Positions 18,985 to 28,856 of a DNA stretch of 64,000 nucleotides are shown here, piece after piece. The notes under the pieces are model-generated. The model searched no databases, had not been told where the DNA came from, and saw only the letters and a program-made list of their open reading frames with translations. The stretch's first letter is position 1. Each line of letters starts with the position of its first letter. The DNA comes from Trypanosoma brucei. Its lineage: Eukaryota. The stretch lies in assembly GCA_000002445.1 (NCBI GenBank), contig CH464491.1, forward strand, positions 3,040,001-3,104,000, given 5' to 3'. The translations under genes and the position numbers were made by a program.

Positions 18985-21591
18985 ATGGACCTCGTGCCAA
19001 CAGGTGATGCCGCGGTCCCTCGTGAGGAGGTACCAGCATTTGTCGAAGTGGACGATTATGGTAACCGGGTGCGGGATATTGTGTACATCTTCCTTGGTCG
19101 ACTAATCGATCCGTCTTTGCGGCCACCAGGGGCTACAGACCCCGATGCGTTAGAAAGGTTGCAGTATATCGTCCGACAGCTAGAACGTATCAGCACTTGC
19201 ACTGACTGGTCTACATGCGTGGTGCGGTGGAATGACTTTCGTCTCTTCGATGAGGATGCTAGCTCCACCATTGAGGAAAACTATCAACGCTTCTCGCCCT
19301 TCATGGACGCTGCACTGCATCAGGTCCTATCGCAGTATTATGCGGAGGACTATGTGAACCGCGGCAGGTGTAGCCCCAATCTTGTCTTTTCTTACGTTCC
19401 GCGTTGTTTAAGTGTTCGCATTCTGCGTGCATCGCTTGTGGGGCAGTTGTGCTCTATCAAAGGTGTAGTCACGCGTACGTCACAGGTTCGTCCCGAGCTT
19501 CTTGTGGGTGTGTTCCGTTGTAATGATTGTGGAACTGAGAGTAGTGCGATCCCCCAGCAGTTTCACTACACGGAACCTCCAGCATGCCGAAATCCCCAAT
19601 GCGAAAACAAAAACCGTTTTCAGTTGCTTCCAACACATCCGCAAACAAAGTTTGGCGATTGGCAGAAAATCCGTTTGCAGGAGGATACAAACAATATCCC
19701 CGCAGGTTGCATGCCACGCACGATGGAGCTCATCGCCCGCAACGATGCTGTGGAAGTAGCGAAGCCCGGTGACCGGATTGTGGCCGTGGGATGCCCCATC
19801 GTCGTACCGGAAGTGATGAAACTGTTCAACCAGGCGAACCGACGCGAGGTCCAGCGCGAGATGTCTAGCACTCAACGTGCTCATCAGGAGGCACAGCAGA
19901 ATCTGGAGGGTGCCACCGGCCTTCGCGCACTTGGTGTTCGTGAACTCAACTACCGCATGTGTTTTTTAGCTACTACCATAACAAGCGCCAATGGAGATGA
20001 TCGCAAGATGACGGAGGCGATTAAGGATTCCGGAGATGGTGCTGCAGAGCGAGAACAGGTTAGTCTCACTGCTGCTGAGATGCAGAAGGTGCAGTTGATG
20101 CGTGGTAGTGCCAACCTTCTGAAAGCGCTCACGGGTTGCATTGCACCGAATATCTTCAAGCATGACGTTGTGAAACTAGGACTCCTGCTTCAAATGGTTG
20201 GTGGTGTTTCCAAGAACACGGTGGAGCGGATCGGGTTGCGCGGTGACATCAATGTTTGCATTGTTGGGGACCCATCTACTGCCAAATCTCAATTCTTGAA
20301 GTGGGTAGCAAGTAATGTCACGCGCGGTGTGTACACTAGCGGTAAAGCCTCCACGGCCAGTGGTCTGACGGCAACAGTTACACGGGACGCAGACACAGGT
20401 GACCGTACCATTGAGGCTGGCGCGCTTATGCTTAGTGACCGCGGTGTTTGCTGCATTGATGAATTTGACAAGATGGACGTGAAGGATCAAGTAGCGATAC
20501 ACGAAGCGATGGAGCAGCAGACAATTTCCATAGCCAAAGCCGGTATCAAAGCGACTCTTAGCGCGAGGACGTCGCTCCTTGCAGCCATGAACCCTATTGG
20601 TGGAAAGTACGACCGCCGGAAGCCGCTGCAGAAGAACGTGGCGATGACAGCGCCAATTATGTCGCGTTTTGACCTAATGTTTGTGATAGTTGACGAGTCC
20701 AGCGACGATGCAGATTTCGCCATTGCGGACCAACTTCTGCGTCTGCATCGATTTGGCGATAGCGCCGTTCGTCCACCCTTTTCGACTGAAGACTGTCAGC
20801 TCTACCTTCGTTATGCGCGCTCCCTTACCCCACGCCTAAAGGAGGAGGCGGTTCACCTCATTGTGGCAGCGTACCGTGATATGCGTCTGCAAGATTCGCT
20901 CTCGAACCGTAGTAAAGTATACCGCGTTACCACACGTTTGCTAGAGAGTATGATCCGACTCTCGGAGGCCACAGCAAAACTGTACCTGAGTGAGGATGTT
21001 GAAGAAGCGCATGTGGAAGTGGCACTCGAGCTGATGCGACAGTCATTATCGACGCTTGATATGACGGAAGTAGAGCTTGTTGGTACCGTAGAACCGTTTG
21101 ATGTGGCAGCTGTTGGGATTAAGCCTGAACCACACGAAGAGCAGCAGCCGCAGCAGCAGCCAGAACCACGATTGGATTCCACTCGTGGGGATGATGGGGC
21201 TGGGCAACGGACCATAGCGCGGCGGAAGGGTAAGAAAGGTGTCTCGGCATCGACTGCCGAGAGAGGTGTTAGCGGTGGAGTCCCTGGCCAAGCCCCTCAG
21301 AAGACTGTGATTAGCGCAGACCACTACTATGGAATCGTCAACCGCATTGTGACGAGGATTCAGGCCCTTGGGGAATCCAATCCCCCATCCCGTGCGGAAC
21401 TGGTAGCGTGGTATATGGAGCAGGTTCACTCACTTAACAAATCGCAGTTGGAAGCAGAGCTTCGTTATGTGAATCTTGTTATCCAGAAGATGCTGAAAGA
21501 CGGCAATCTTCTTGAGGTTGAGCTGAATGACGGAGAGGGGAGCAAAATCTTTCTTGACCCAAACTATAACCCAGATATTACGAAGCAGTAG
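18985..21591 (+). CDS. MCM6: DNA replication licensing factor MCM6
   Basis: MCM AAA+ core: Walker A GDINVCIVGDPSTAKSQFLKW, Walker B CCIDEFDKM, arginine finger SRFD. The zinc-finger region PQQFHYTEPPACRNPQCENKNRF...WQKIRLQEDTNNIP matches the MCM6-specific block (recalled [23 protein letters not shown]...FQKVRIQETQAELP). Confidence 0.8.
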   Translation: MDLVPTGDAAVPREEVPAFVEVDDYGNRVRDIVYIFLGRLIDPSLRPPGATDPDALERLQYIVRQLERISTCTDWSTCVVRWNDFRLFDEDASSTIEENYQRFSPFMDAALHQVLSQYYAEDYVNRGRCSPNLVFSYVPRCLSVRILRASLVGQLCSIKGVVTRTSQVRPELLVGVFRCNDCGTESSAIPQQFHYTEPPACRNPQCENKNRFQLLPTHPQTKFGDWQKIRLQEDTNNIPAGCMPRTMELIARNDAVEVAKPGDRIVAVGCPIVVPEVMKLFNQANRREVQREMSSTQRAHQEAQQNLEGATGLRALGVRELNYRMCFLATTITSANGDDRKMTEAIKDSGDGAAEREQVSLTAAEMQKVQLMRGSANLLKALTGCIAPNIFKHDVVKLGLLLQMVGGVSKNTVERIGLRGDINVCIVGDPSTAKSQFLKWVASNVTRGVYTSGKASTASGLTATVTRDADTGDRTIEAGALMLSDRGVCCIDEFDKMDVKDQVAIHEAMEQQTISIAKAGIKATLSARTSLLAAMNPIGGKYDRRKPLQKNVAMTAPIMSRFDLMFVIVDESSDDADFAIADQLLRLHRFGDSAVRPPFSTEDCQLYLRYARSLTPRLKEEAVHLIVAAYRDMRLQDSLSNRSKVYRVTTRLLESMIRLSEATAKLYLSEDVEEAHVEVALELMRQSLSTLDMTEVELVGTVEPFDVAAVGIKPEPHEEQQPQQQPEPRLDSTRGDDGAGQRTIARRKGKKGVSASTAERGVSGGVPGQAPQKTVISADHYYGIVNRIVTRIQALGESNPPSRAELVAWYMEQVHSLNKSQLEAELRYVNLVIQKMLKDGNLLEVELNDGEGSKIFLDPNYNPDITKQ

Positions 21592-21945
21592 GTGCACGGG
21601 CGATCTGCGCATGCTGTCCGCTTATTCGTTGTGTGCTTGCACGTGTGCCACGGTCAGCTATTGGTGCTTGACGACCCATAGAAAAGTGAAGCGTCATTGG
21701 AGAAAATATAGAACATGTCAACTCATAGTGGTTTAACCTCCTGTATCCCGTCATTCTTCATCCTTGTGCGTCTCTTTGTGGACCGCTTGACTCTCCACAC
21801 TTCTTTGATACTTGCACCGTGAACCGCGTTTCATCCCTCAAATGTCTTCTTTTTTTAGCGGGGGGGGCAAGCGTAGTTCCACCACGTAGTGCAGAGGGTT
21901 AGTAGCATCCCTCTATTCCTTACCGTTTTTGTTACTCGGCTGAGA

Positions 21946-24900
21946 ATGGGGGAGCCAGGGGTTGTCATACCAAAAGTAGGTGAGAGATTTGTTGGTGAAG
22001 ATGGGTCCGTTTCTGTGGTCCTTGCTGACACTGTAGATGAGGACTATGTGCCAACGCAGGAGGAAATAGAGGGATTTGCTGAGTGGATGGGGATGAACCT
22101 GCCGGAAGATAATGAGTTTCTTCACATTGCTGTTGAGGGTCTGAAGGCGCCGCTTCCAAAAAACTGGCGCCCTTGTCGTACCGAGGATGATGAGGTGTAC
22201 TACTTCAACTTCAAAACTGGCGAAAGCACCTGGTGTCATCCAATGGATGAGGTACATCGAGAGAGATTTCGAAAGGCGAAGGAGCAAAAACAAAACTTAG
22301 GTGTGGGGGGTACCACGAGTAGGGACAGAAGTGCCAACATTGTGAGCGGTACGTCAACGACGGCGCAGAGGGGTGCTATGGGGAACGCAGTGGGGAGTGC
22401 ACTGGCCACCCCTACTAACTTACAGGGAGGAAGGCTGGAAAAGCTATCGCCCGCGTTAGGGACAAAGTACGCACCACTACGTTCTCCACCGCTATCCGGT
22501 GGCGCGACTACGTCGTCATTCCTCAGTAGTAATATAACCACTGGAGGCACCGCTGCTGGAGGGCCGTTGGATCGCGGTAGTGAGAGTGGTGGCACCGGCG
22601 GTGGTAAGCGGCGGTTTGTTTCGGAGACGGAAGAAGCCCTTGAAAAAAGGATCCGTCAGGAGCGGGAGGAAGCGTTCTTGGAAGAACAGAAGAAGGCCGA
22701 AGCGACGATACAAGAGCGTCGGATGAACATGCAGCGTTCCCACGAAGAAGAGGTGAAGAAACTTCGAGCCGAGACGGAGGCAAAACTGGCGGAGCTGCGT
22801 GCCAACAGGCCTAATAATGGTGCAGAAGCAGTAAAGAAAAAGGAGATGGAGGCATTGTGGACGGAGCGTCTTGACGAGGTGAAAAGAGAGGGAGAGGGTC
22901 TTGAGAAGAAGTTGGCCTCACTTCGTGAGGAAAATGAACAACGTATTGCAGCGGAGGTAAAGAAAATTGAGGCAAAAGCTTCCGCAGATTTGGAGGCCAA
23001 GGTGAAACGCATCGAGGCAGATGGGGCTGCGGCTCTAGAGAAGGCGAAACGAGAGGCGCAGGCGGCACTCTCCGCGAAGAAGAATGAGCTGCAGAAAAAA
23101 GCACGAGAAGAGCTTGAAAAGCTTAAAAAAGAGGTTGAAAAGCAACACAGTGATGACATGGCGGCACTTGAACGGAAATTCTCTTCTGACGGACATCAGT
23201 CTCAAGTCAAGTCGGCCGCATCCACGGCAGCGCCTTCTCATGCCACCGATGTGGAGTCACGCATCGCCGCCATTCGTGAGAAGGAGAAGCAGGAAGTTTC
23301 TGCCATTCAGAAGCGCTCGGAGGAGGAAAAGGCTGCCTTGCGCCGTTCTATGGATGAGGCCATTGGTGCTTTACGTCGGGAGATACACGACATTCAACAG
23401 GCTGCCGCTTCCGAAGCCGTACCTGCAGCCAGAAATTCCGGTCCAAGCAGTGTGGAGCTTGAAGAGGTACGACGCCGTTGGCGAGCGGAGGAGGCACGAC
23501 GGATGCAACTTCTTGCTGAGGACCGCCGCGCAAAGGTTTTAGCGCAGGAAAAGTCTTTGGAGACATCCTCTTCGCTTCCAAAATCGTCGGCGGCACAGGA
23601 GGTAACGGCAGACCAATCGCTAAAGATGCGTGCGATACTGACAGCAAAAGAGAAGGAGCATCAGGAAACGGAGGCGCTTCTCCGTTCGACTCTGCAAGAA
23701 GAACTTACGCGCACTAGTTTGTCTCTGGACGCACAACTTGAAGCGGCCGTCGCCGATGCATTTAAGGTATTTGTTAGGTCTACTGAGGTGTCACGCCGAT
23801 TCGAGAAGGAGGACTTTGAGCGTCGGAGGGCTAGTAATTCTGTGGCACAAGTTGCGAAGGAGGGAAAAGGCATGGATAGTAAACCGAAGGTGAGTGAGGG
23901 TGCGTCCTTTGATGCAGAAGAATTGCTCCAAAAGAAGGTGGAAGAAGCAGTTGGTGAGGCTCTGCAAAATATGAGGGCAGACCATGAAAATGCGTTGCGC
24001 CGGCTGAGGCAGCGGTACGAGGAGGAGCGTAGGATGCTCATTGCCTCAGTAGATGAAGAAGTGAGCACAATGGAAGAAAAGGAACGTCAACAGATCGACC
24101 AGAAGTTGAAGGGTCAAACAAGAGATTATGAGCCAGGAGCAGGAAACGCGACAACAAGGACCGCTGGAGGGACATCCACCTCAATCGGTGTTCCCCTGGG
24201 GTTATTGCAGCAGCGTCTTACGTCTATTGAGGCTGCGTACTCCAACCAAATCCAAGACTTAGAGGCTGATCTCATGTCGCTTAATTCAGCGATACGTATG
24301 ATGGATGAGCTGCCCAACTTCCTGGGTCAGAGAGCATCTAAGAATCAAGAGACAGATTTCACGCGCTGTGGCAGTCATATGGAACCAGGAAACAGTTTCA
24401 GGTACGTCCCGTCAACAGGGAAACATGCTCTACCCACTGGAAAGGGAGGAGCTTCACCCTCCACCATGTTTTCTTCTGAGGCTCGTCTCTTTCTTGCTGG
24501 TCAGTTCCGAGATTTCTCTGCGCGCCGGGACGCGCTTCAGGCAGCTCGTGAAGAGTGGTACGCCAACGCTATGGAAGCTGCAGCACCTGTTCCCGCCGTT
24601 GGTAGCGGCCCGCTAGCTGACACAGCGGGGTTAAGTGACGTGCACACGCATATGATCAGCCTCATTGGCTCCCTGGGTGGTCGCCTGGAGCGCATAATGC
24701 GTCGTGTGAATGCACTTCAGGCGTACACAGAAGGAAAGCGCTTATCCCCACCTCGTCAACGGCGGCGGATGCGTCACGGCTCAGCGGCCCGCCATGACAA
24801 AAAAACCAAGTCGACCCACAAAAAGCATCGGCACGCTAAGGCGCCCACGGGTCATCCGCACGGTAGTCTTATTCAGAAATGGAGCCGCATTCTCTCCGAA

Positions 24901-24966
24901 CTTTCCTCTCCACCAGTCACTGGCGGGGAGCTTTCAGCATTTCTTCGGCACTTGGGAAGGGACTGA
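21946..24966 (+). CDS. CEP164-like protein: N-terminal WW domain plus extended coiled coil
   Basis: DYVPTQEEIEGFAEWMGMNLPEDNEFLHIAVEGLKAPLPKNWRPCRTEDDEVYYFNFKTGESTWCHPMDE parallels the CEP164 N-terminus and WW domain (recalled EEEILEFAREIGIDP...APLPGEWKPCQD...IYYFNFANGQSMWDHP). About 700 aa of E/K/R/A-rich coiled coil follow. The track start at 21889 is GTG; the first ATG (Met20) is at about 21946. Confidence 0.6.
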   Translation: MGEPGVVIPKVGERFVGEDGSVSVVLADTVDEDYVPTQEEIEGFAEWMGMNLPEDNEFLHIAVEGLKAPLPKNWRPCRTEDDEVYYFNFKTGESTWCHPMDEVHRERFRKAKEQKQNLGVGGTTSRDRSANIVSGTSTTAQRGAMGNAVGSALATPTNLQGGRLEKLSPALGTKYAPLRSPPLSGGATTSSFLSSNITTGGTAAGGPLDRGSESGGTGGGKRRFVSETEEALEKRIRQEREEAFLEEQKKAEATIQERRMNMQRSHEEEVKKLRAETEAKLAELRANRPNNGAEAVKKKEMEALWTERLDEVKREGEGLEKKLASLREENEQRIAAEVKKIEAKASADLEAKVKRIEADGAAALEKAKREAQAALSAKKNELQKKAREELEKLKKEVEKQHSDDMAALERKFSSDGHQSQVKSAASTAAPSHATDVESRIAAIREKEKQEVSAIQKRSEEEKAALRRSMDEAIGALRREIHDIQQAAASEAVPAARNSGPSSVELEEVRRRWRAEEARRMQLLAEDRRAKVLAQEKSLETSSSLPKSSAAQEVTADQSLKMRAILTAKEKEHQETEALLRSTLQEELTRTSLSLDAQLEAAVADAFKVFVRSTEVSRRFEKEDFERRRASNSVAQVAKEGKGMDSKPKVSEGASFDAEELLQKKVEEAVGEALQNMRADHENALRRLRQRYEEERRMLIASVDEEVSTMEEKERQQIDQKLKGQTRDYEPGAGNATTRTAGGTSTSIGVPLGLLQQRLTSIEAAYSNQIQDLEADLMSLNSAIRMMDELPNFLGQRASKNQETDFTRCGSHMEPGNSFRYVPSTGKHALPTGKGGASPSTMFSSEARLFLAGQFRDFSARRDALQAAREEWYANAMEAAAPVPAVGSGPLADTAGLSDVHTHMISLIGSLGGRLERIMRRVNALQAYTEGKRLSPPRQRRRMRHGSAARHDKKTKSTHKKHRHAKAPTGHPHGSLIQKWSRILSELSSPPVTGGELSAFLRHLGRD

Positions 24967-25282
24967 GTGCCAGATGAATAGAAAGGGGGTGCCCAGTTGA
25001 GAGGGCTTAGAAAAAATGTGGATTTGCTCTCTGATTATAACTCCTCTCGTTCTATTTTGCGTAATCATCACCCTTGGCACTTTCAATGCATGTGCGTTTG
25101 GCGGTGCTCCTTGTTTGGTCGGCTGCGGTTAGTGTCTGACAATTCACGTAGGGTCGTGCAAAAAGAAACTAACCTCGGCAGCTTTTTGCAGTAACGACTT
25201 CTGCAACTGGTCCAAGGAGTTGGTTTCCAATCATTGGCCCATGCACACTTTATGGAAAAAAAAAGAGGGCAGTCGAAGCCCT

Positions 25283-25400
25283 TCTTCCTCTCTTCTTCTT
25301 CACTTTCCCGTTCTTGTATCACACCAACGGCAAAATATCATTCTTCTTGGCACCCTGTGCCCCCATTTCTTCTTACGATTCTTCTTTGCCACTATACGAA
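25283..25400 (+). promoter_or_regulatory. Polypyrimidine tract / probable spliced-leader trans-splicing acceptor region for TRM61
   Basis: cccttcttcctctcttcttcttcactttcccgttcttg...cccccatttcttcttacgattcttctttgcc followed by AG dinucleotides and the ATG at about 25417. Kinetoplastid mRNAs are processed by polypyrimidine-directed trans-splicing. Confidence 0.4.
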
Positions 25401-25416
25401 ACCAGGCAGCCAACAC

Positions 25417-26505
25417 ATGCTAGCACCTAGAGGCTCTGTCGCAAAGGAAGGAGACGTCGTGTTGCTCTTCCGCGGTCACCTTCAATTTACACCATTACTC
25501 CTGCAGCGCGGGGCGATGCTGCACTGCAAGGATGGGAAGTTCATGCACGATGACATTATTGGCTGCCCGTTGGGAACACGTGTCATGGGTCGGAGCAACT
25601 TGAAGAATGACCCCCGTGGGGCGCCCAGTGTGCTTGTGATGCAGAACTGCGCAGACCTGTGGACAGTTGCGGTGCCTCACCGCACACAAATAATCTACGA
25701 CACAGATATTGCCGTCATCGTGTTCAACCTGCGGCTGCGACCGGGCCATCGTGTAGCCGAAGCAGGAACTGGAAGTGGTTCGCTCACTCATTCCTTAGCC
25801 AGGACTGTTGCTCCGGACGGTATTGTGTATACGTATGATTTTCACAAGAAACGGTGTCTCGAGGCACTGCAGGAGTTCCGCCGTAATGGTTTGCCAGCGT
25901 CTCTTGTGCGTTGCAACTGGCGGGACGTATGTGTTACAGCGAGTGGATCGGATGAAAGTGTAATGACCGGTATGCAGCTGCCTGACGCAGCCCAAAGTGA
26001 GAACAAAGGAGAGGATAAAGAGGAGCCAGAACCGGGCTACGGTCTTCCGAAGCATCATGTTGACGCTGTCTTTCTCGATGTTCCGTCGCCATGGCTGGCG
26101 ATTGACAATGTGCTGCACGTACTTCGACCTGGTGGGATGCTTTGCACATTTTCACCATGCATTGAACAGACGCAGCGCACAGCCCAGCGGCTGCGGCAGG
26201 CACCACAGGAGTTCATTGACATACGCACGGTCGAGGTTGTACGGAAGTTTATTAATCCCGTTTGCAGGAAGCGCAATCATTCAGAGGGAACTGAGGGGGA
26301 AAGTAACAACAAGCCAACATGTCGCTTTAAGTTCCGCCCTGCACTGGTGTCGATGGGTCACACGGCGTACCTCACGTTCGCCCGGCGGCGGCTGGAGCGC
26401 ATTCCAGTGGTAGACACGGTGGAGGCATCTGCCGCGGCAACCAACACGGCCTCCTCCTCTCAGGACGTTACCGCTGGTGGTGGTGTGAACACTGGTACAA
26501 TCTAA
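25417..26505 (+). CDS. TRM61: tRNA (adenine58-N1)-methyltransferase catalytic subunit TRM61/GCD14
   Basis: KEGDVVLLF...LWTVAVPHRTQIIYDTDIAVIV..LRPGHRVAEAGTGSGSLTHSLARTVAP...VFLDVPSPW...CTFSPCIEQTQRT...MGHTAYLTFARR is collinear with TRMT61A. The upstream in-frame codons 25234-25416 run through a polypyrimidine tract, so the start is Met62 (about 25417). Confidence 0.8.
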   Translation: MLAPRGSVAKEGDVVLLFRGHLQFTPLLLQRGAMLHCKDGKFMHDDIIGCPLGTRVMGRSNLKNDPRGAPSVLVMQNCADLWTVAVPHRTQIIYDTDIAVIVFNLRLRPGHRVAEAGTGSGSLTHSLARTVAPDGIVYTYDFHKKRCLEALQEFRRNGLPASLVRCNWRDVCVTASGSDESVMTGMQLPDAAQSENKGEDKEEPEPGYGLPKHHVDAVFLDVPSPWLAIDNVLHVLRPGGMLCTFSPCIEQTQRTAQRLRQAPQEFIDIRTVEVVRKFINPVCRKRNHSEGTEGESNNKPTCRFKFRPALVSMGHTAYLTFARRRLERIPVVDTVEASAAATNTASSSQDVTAGGGVNTGTI

Positions 26506-26713
26506 AAGTAACTGTACCGTTGTTAACGTGATGTGCTTCCTGGTTTCTGGTGCTGAAAGCTAACAGCATTGGGTGGTAAGCCAAAGATCCTCCAGTTACT
26601 CTTCAAATGTTTCCTCTCTTTCATGGGGCACAACAACGCCTGCACGATTACGTTTAGCCTCTAGTTAAAGGAGCTGGGCGAAGGTTAGTAGCAGCAGCTG
26701 TACCTTTGGTGTG

Positions 26714-28510
26714 ATGGACTTCAAACGACAGCTGGCCTCTGCGTTGGTGCTGAACGTGGTGCTAAAGGTTTTCACCTTCCTTCTAACTGCTGGCGTCACA
26801 CGACAACTTGCACCAAATGAAAACGGCGTCAATTTCTCTTTTCAATTGTACTTCAATACCGTGCTTTTTCTCGCAAGAGAGTCGGTGCGTAGTGTAAACG
26901 CACGACACAATCTGCGTGAAAAGTCAGGAAGTGGTGGGGCAGCTCTAAAAGTAATGAACTGTGCGGCTATTTCGCTTCCTCTCGGCCTCCTAGTGGTCCT
27001 CGTGCTGGAGCTCCTACACGGTTTCCGCATTACACTGTTTCCCTCTTTGGCTGCCCTTGCGAACGTTGGGAGTGTGTCTGCTGCATCTGCAGAGGCACAA
27101 GGCCCCGGGATGGACGGGGGCACATTGGGGTTACCTGAGGTGGTACAGGTGATAAGTGTCATTGCCGCGCTGTCTATTGAACCTTGCTTAGCCGTTGCTC
27201 AGTCACTTGATAATGTTCGGACAGTTGTCACCTCGGAGTTTTGGGCGTTACTGGCGCGACTTACAGCAACAATTTCAATTTTGTGGTGGTATGGTTCCTT
27301 AAGTGGGCATCCGTGGATAACGCGAATGTGTTTTTCAGTTGCGAATCTCTCCGATGCTTTGGCCACAGTGGCGTACTTTCTTTGCCTATGGAATGCTCCT
27401 AACCAAGAAAGGGGTCGCAAAGCCGCCGGTGGTGGTGGTTGTGAGGGGGACGAAGATGGTGAGGCGGCCACATCCATGTACCAGGTGCGAGTCATTGCGG
27501 CGCGTGTCTTATGGGGAGATACGGTCCAGACGAAAACGAGTGCGCGGTCGCACCCATTGCGTGAATGCCTACCTTGGTGTTATCTTTCCCTTCATTCGAT
27601 GCATGATGTGTTGCTGCGTGAGTTCCGCCTGTTTCTTCAATTTTTTCGAGAAAGTTGCCTGCGACTTCTACTGACTGAGGGAGAGCACTTTGCCCTCGCT
27701 GCAATGGGCTCGGCCGCAGCTGTAGGCCAATACAGTGTTGTCACAAATTTGGGCTCACTTATCGTCCGCCTTGTTTTCCGGGTGTGGGAGACGGCTTGCT
27801 TTGCCAGGTGGAGCCGAGACATTGCTGCTGGTCGCATGGCTGATGCCTCGGTGCTCCTGTTTGTTATGCTTCGTGTGTCGCTGTACTTTGGCGCTGTTGC
27901 AATACTTCTGGGGCCACCACTGGCGGAACTGGTTCTTCTTCGACTTTTCACGCGGCGTTGGGCCACGGCAGAAACTGTTCGGGCGTTACAGTTGTACTGC
28001 TACCAGCTCCCCCTGATGGGTTGGTACGGCTTGCTCGATGCCTTTGTAAGGGCCACAGCGTCTCCGCGAGTACTACGATTAGCACAACAGGTACTGGTCG
28101 TTCAGGCAGCAGTATACGTTGCGTTTTGCTTTGCGGCGTTGCGACTGCATTGGGTCGGCGATCCAGTGGCAGGGCTTATCGTTGCCAACGGTATCAGTAC
28201 CGGATTGCGCTGCGCCACATCTCTCTGGATGATTATCAAAACCCCCGGGAGACCTCAGCAAGAAAGTCGTCGTTTCGAAGTACAATTGCGGGACTTTTCA
28301 GCGGTATTCGACTCGCGAATTGCAACTGTTTGGTTTCTTCTTTTTGGGTGTACGAGGATGCTCCTGCCGTTCATCTCTTTGACGACCTCGGGTGTGGTTA
28401 GTGTTGTATTGTTTTTTCCACTCTTTGCCGCATCCGTCCTTCGATGGGATCCCGAAACCCGCGTCGTGGTGAAGGCGCTGGTTCTCAGCTCAAAAAGAAG
28501 CGGCGAGTAG
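26714..28510 (+). CDS. RFT1: RFT1-like multispanning membrane protein (oligosaccharide-lipid flippase family)
   Basis: The N-terminus ALVLNVVLKVFTFLLTAGVTRQLAPNENGVNFSFQLYFNTVLFLARESVRSV matches the RFT1 signature region (recalled LNQLLVRYLTPE..GV..VQLELLLSTILFLSREAVRRA). Many hydrophobic segments follow. Confidence 0.65.
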   Translation: MDFKRQLASALVLNVVLKVFTFLLTAGVTRQLAPNENGVNFSFQLYFNTVLFLARESVRSVNARHNLREKSGSGGAALKVMNCAAISLPLGLLVVLVLELLHGFRITLFPSLAALANVGSVSAASAEAQGPGMDGGTLGLPEVVQVISVIAALSIEPCLAVAQSLDNVRTVVTSEFWALLARLTATISILWWYGSLSGHPWITRMCFSVANLSDALATVAYFLCLWNAPNQERGRKAAGGGGCEGDEDGEAATSMYQVRVIAARVLWGDTVQTKTSARSHPLRECLPWCYLSLHSMHDVLLREFRLFLQFFRESCLRLLLTEGEHFALAAMGSAAAVGQYSVVTNLGSLIVRLVFRVWETACFARWSRDIAAGRMADASVLLFVMLRVSLYFGAVAILLGPPLAELVLLRLFTRRWATAETVRALQLYCYQLPLMGWYGLLDAFVRATASPRVLRLAQQVLVVQAAVYVAFCFAALRLHWVGDPVAGLIVANGISTGLRCATSLWMIIKTPGRPQQESRRFEVQLRDFSAVFDSRIATVWFLLFGCTRMLLPFISLTTSGVVSVVLFFPLFAASVLRWDPETRVVVKALVLSSKRSGE

Positions 28511-28856
28511 TCTAAGGTGGGAATAATGAAGCAGTACACCAGCTATTCATCTTATACACGCTAACCACCGTGTTTGTGTGGCAGACGCCAACCAGTAAGT
28601 ATAACTTGTAGGAAAATATTACTGTGTCTTGCACATGCATATACATATATATGTACATATACTTTTTTTCTTGTGCTTTCTCTCGAAACAACCGGATAGT
28701 TTATTTAAGCCTAAATACGCCCACATACGCACGTAGTAATAAATTACAGCTAAGTTGAGGTAAAACAAGAAAGGTACTGAGGGAAATACGGGAAGAGTCA
28801 GCTCACGTAAGATCCCATAGCTACTTTTTAAATTGAACGCAAACAACTCGCGCAAA

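Noticed and set aside
22656-23159. 167-aa minus-strand ORF rich in Ser/Phe/Ala
   Set aside because: Antisense to the GAA/GAG/AAG-rich coiled-coil region of the CEP164-like gene. The reverse complement of an E/K-rich reading frame trivially yields a stop-free S/F/L-rich frame.
21889-25330. Small (1-2 nt) disagreements between my manual position counting and ORF-track coordinates around 21.90 kb, 22.14 kb and 25.32 kb
   Set aside because: The frames reconcile further downstream and at the stop codons. I treated these as counting or read errors at line boundaries and deferred to the ORF-track coordinates rather than inferring frameshifts or pseudogenes.
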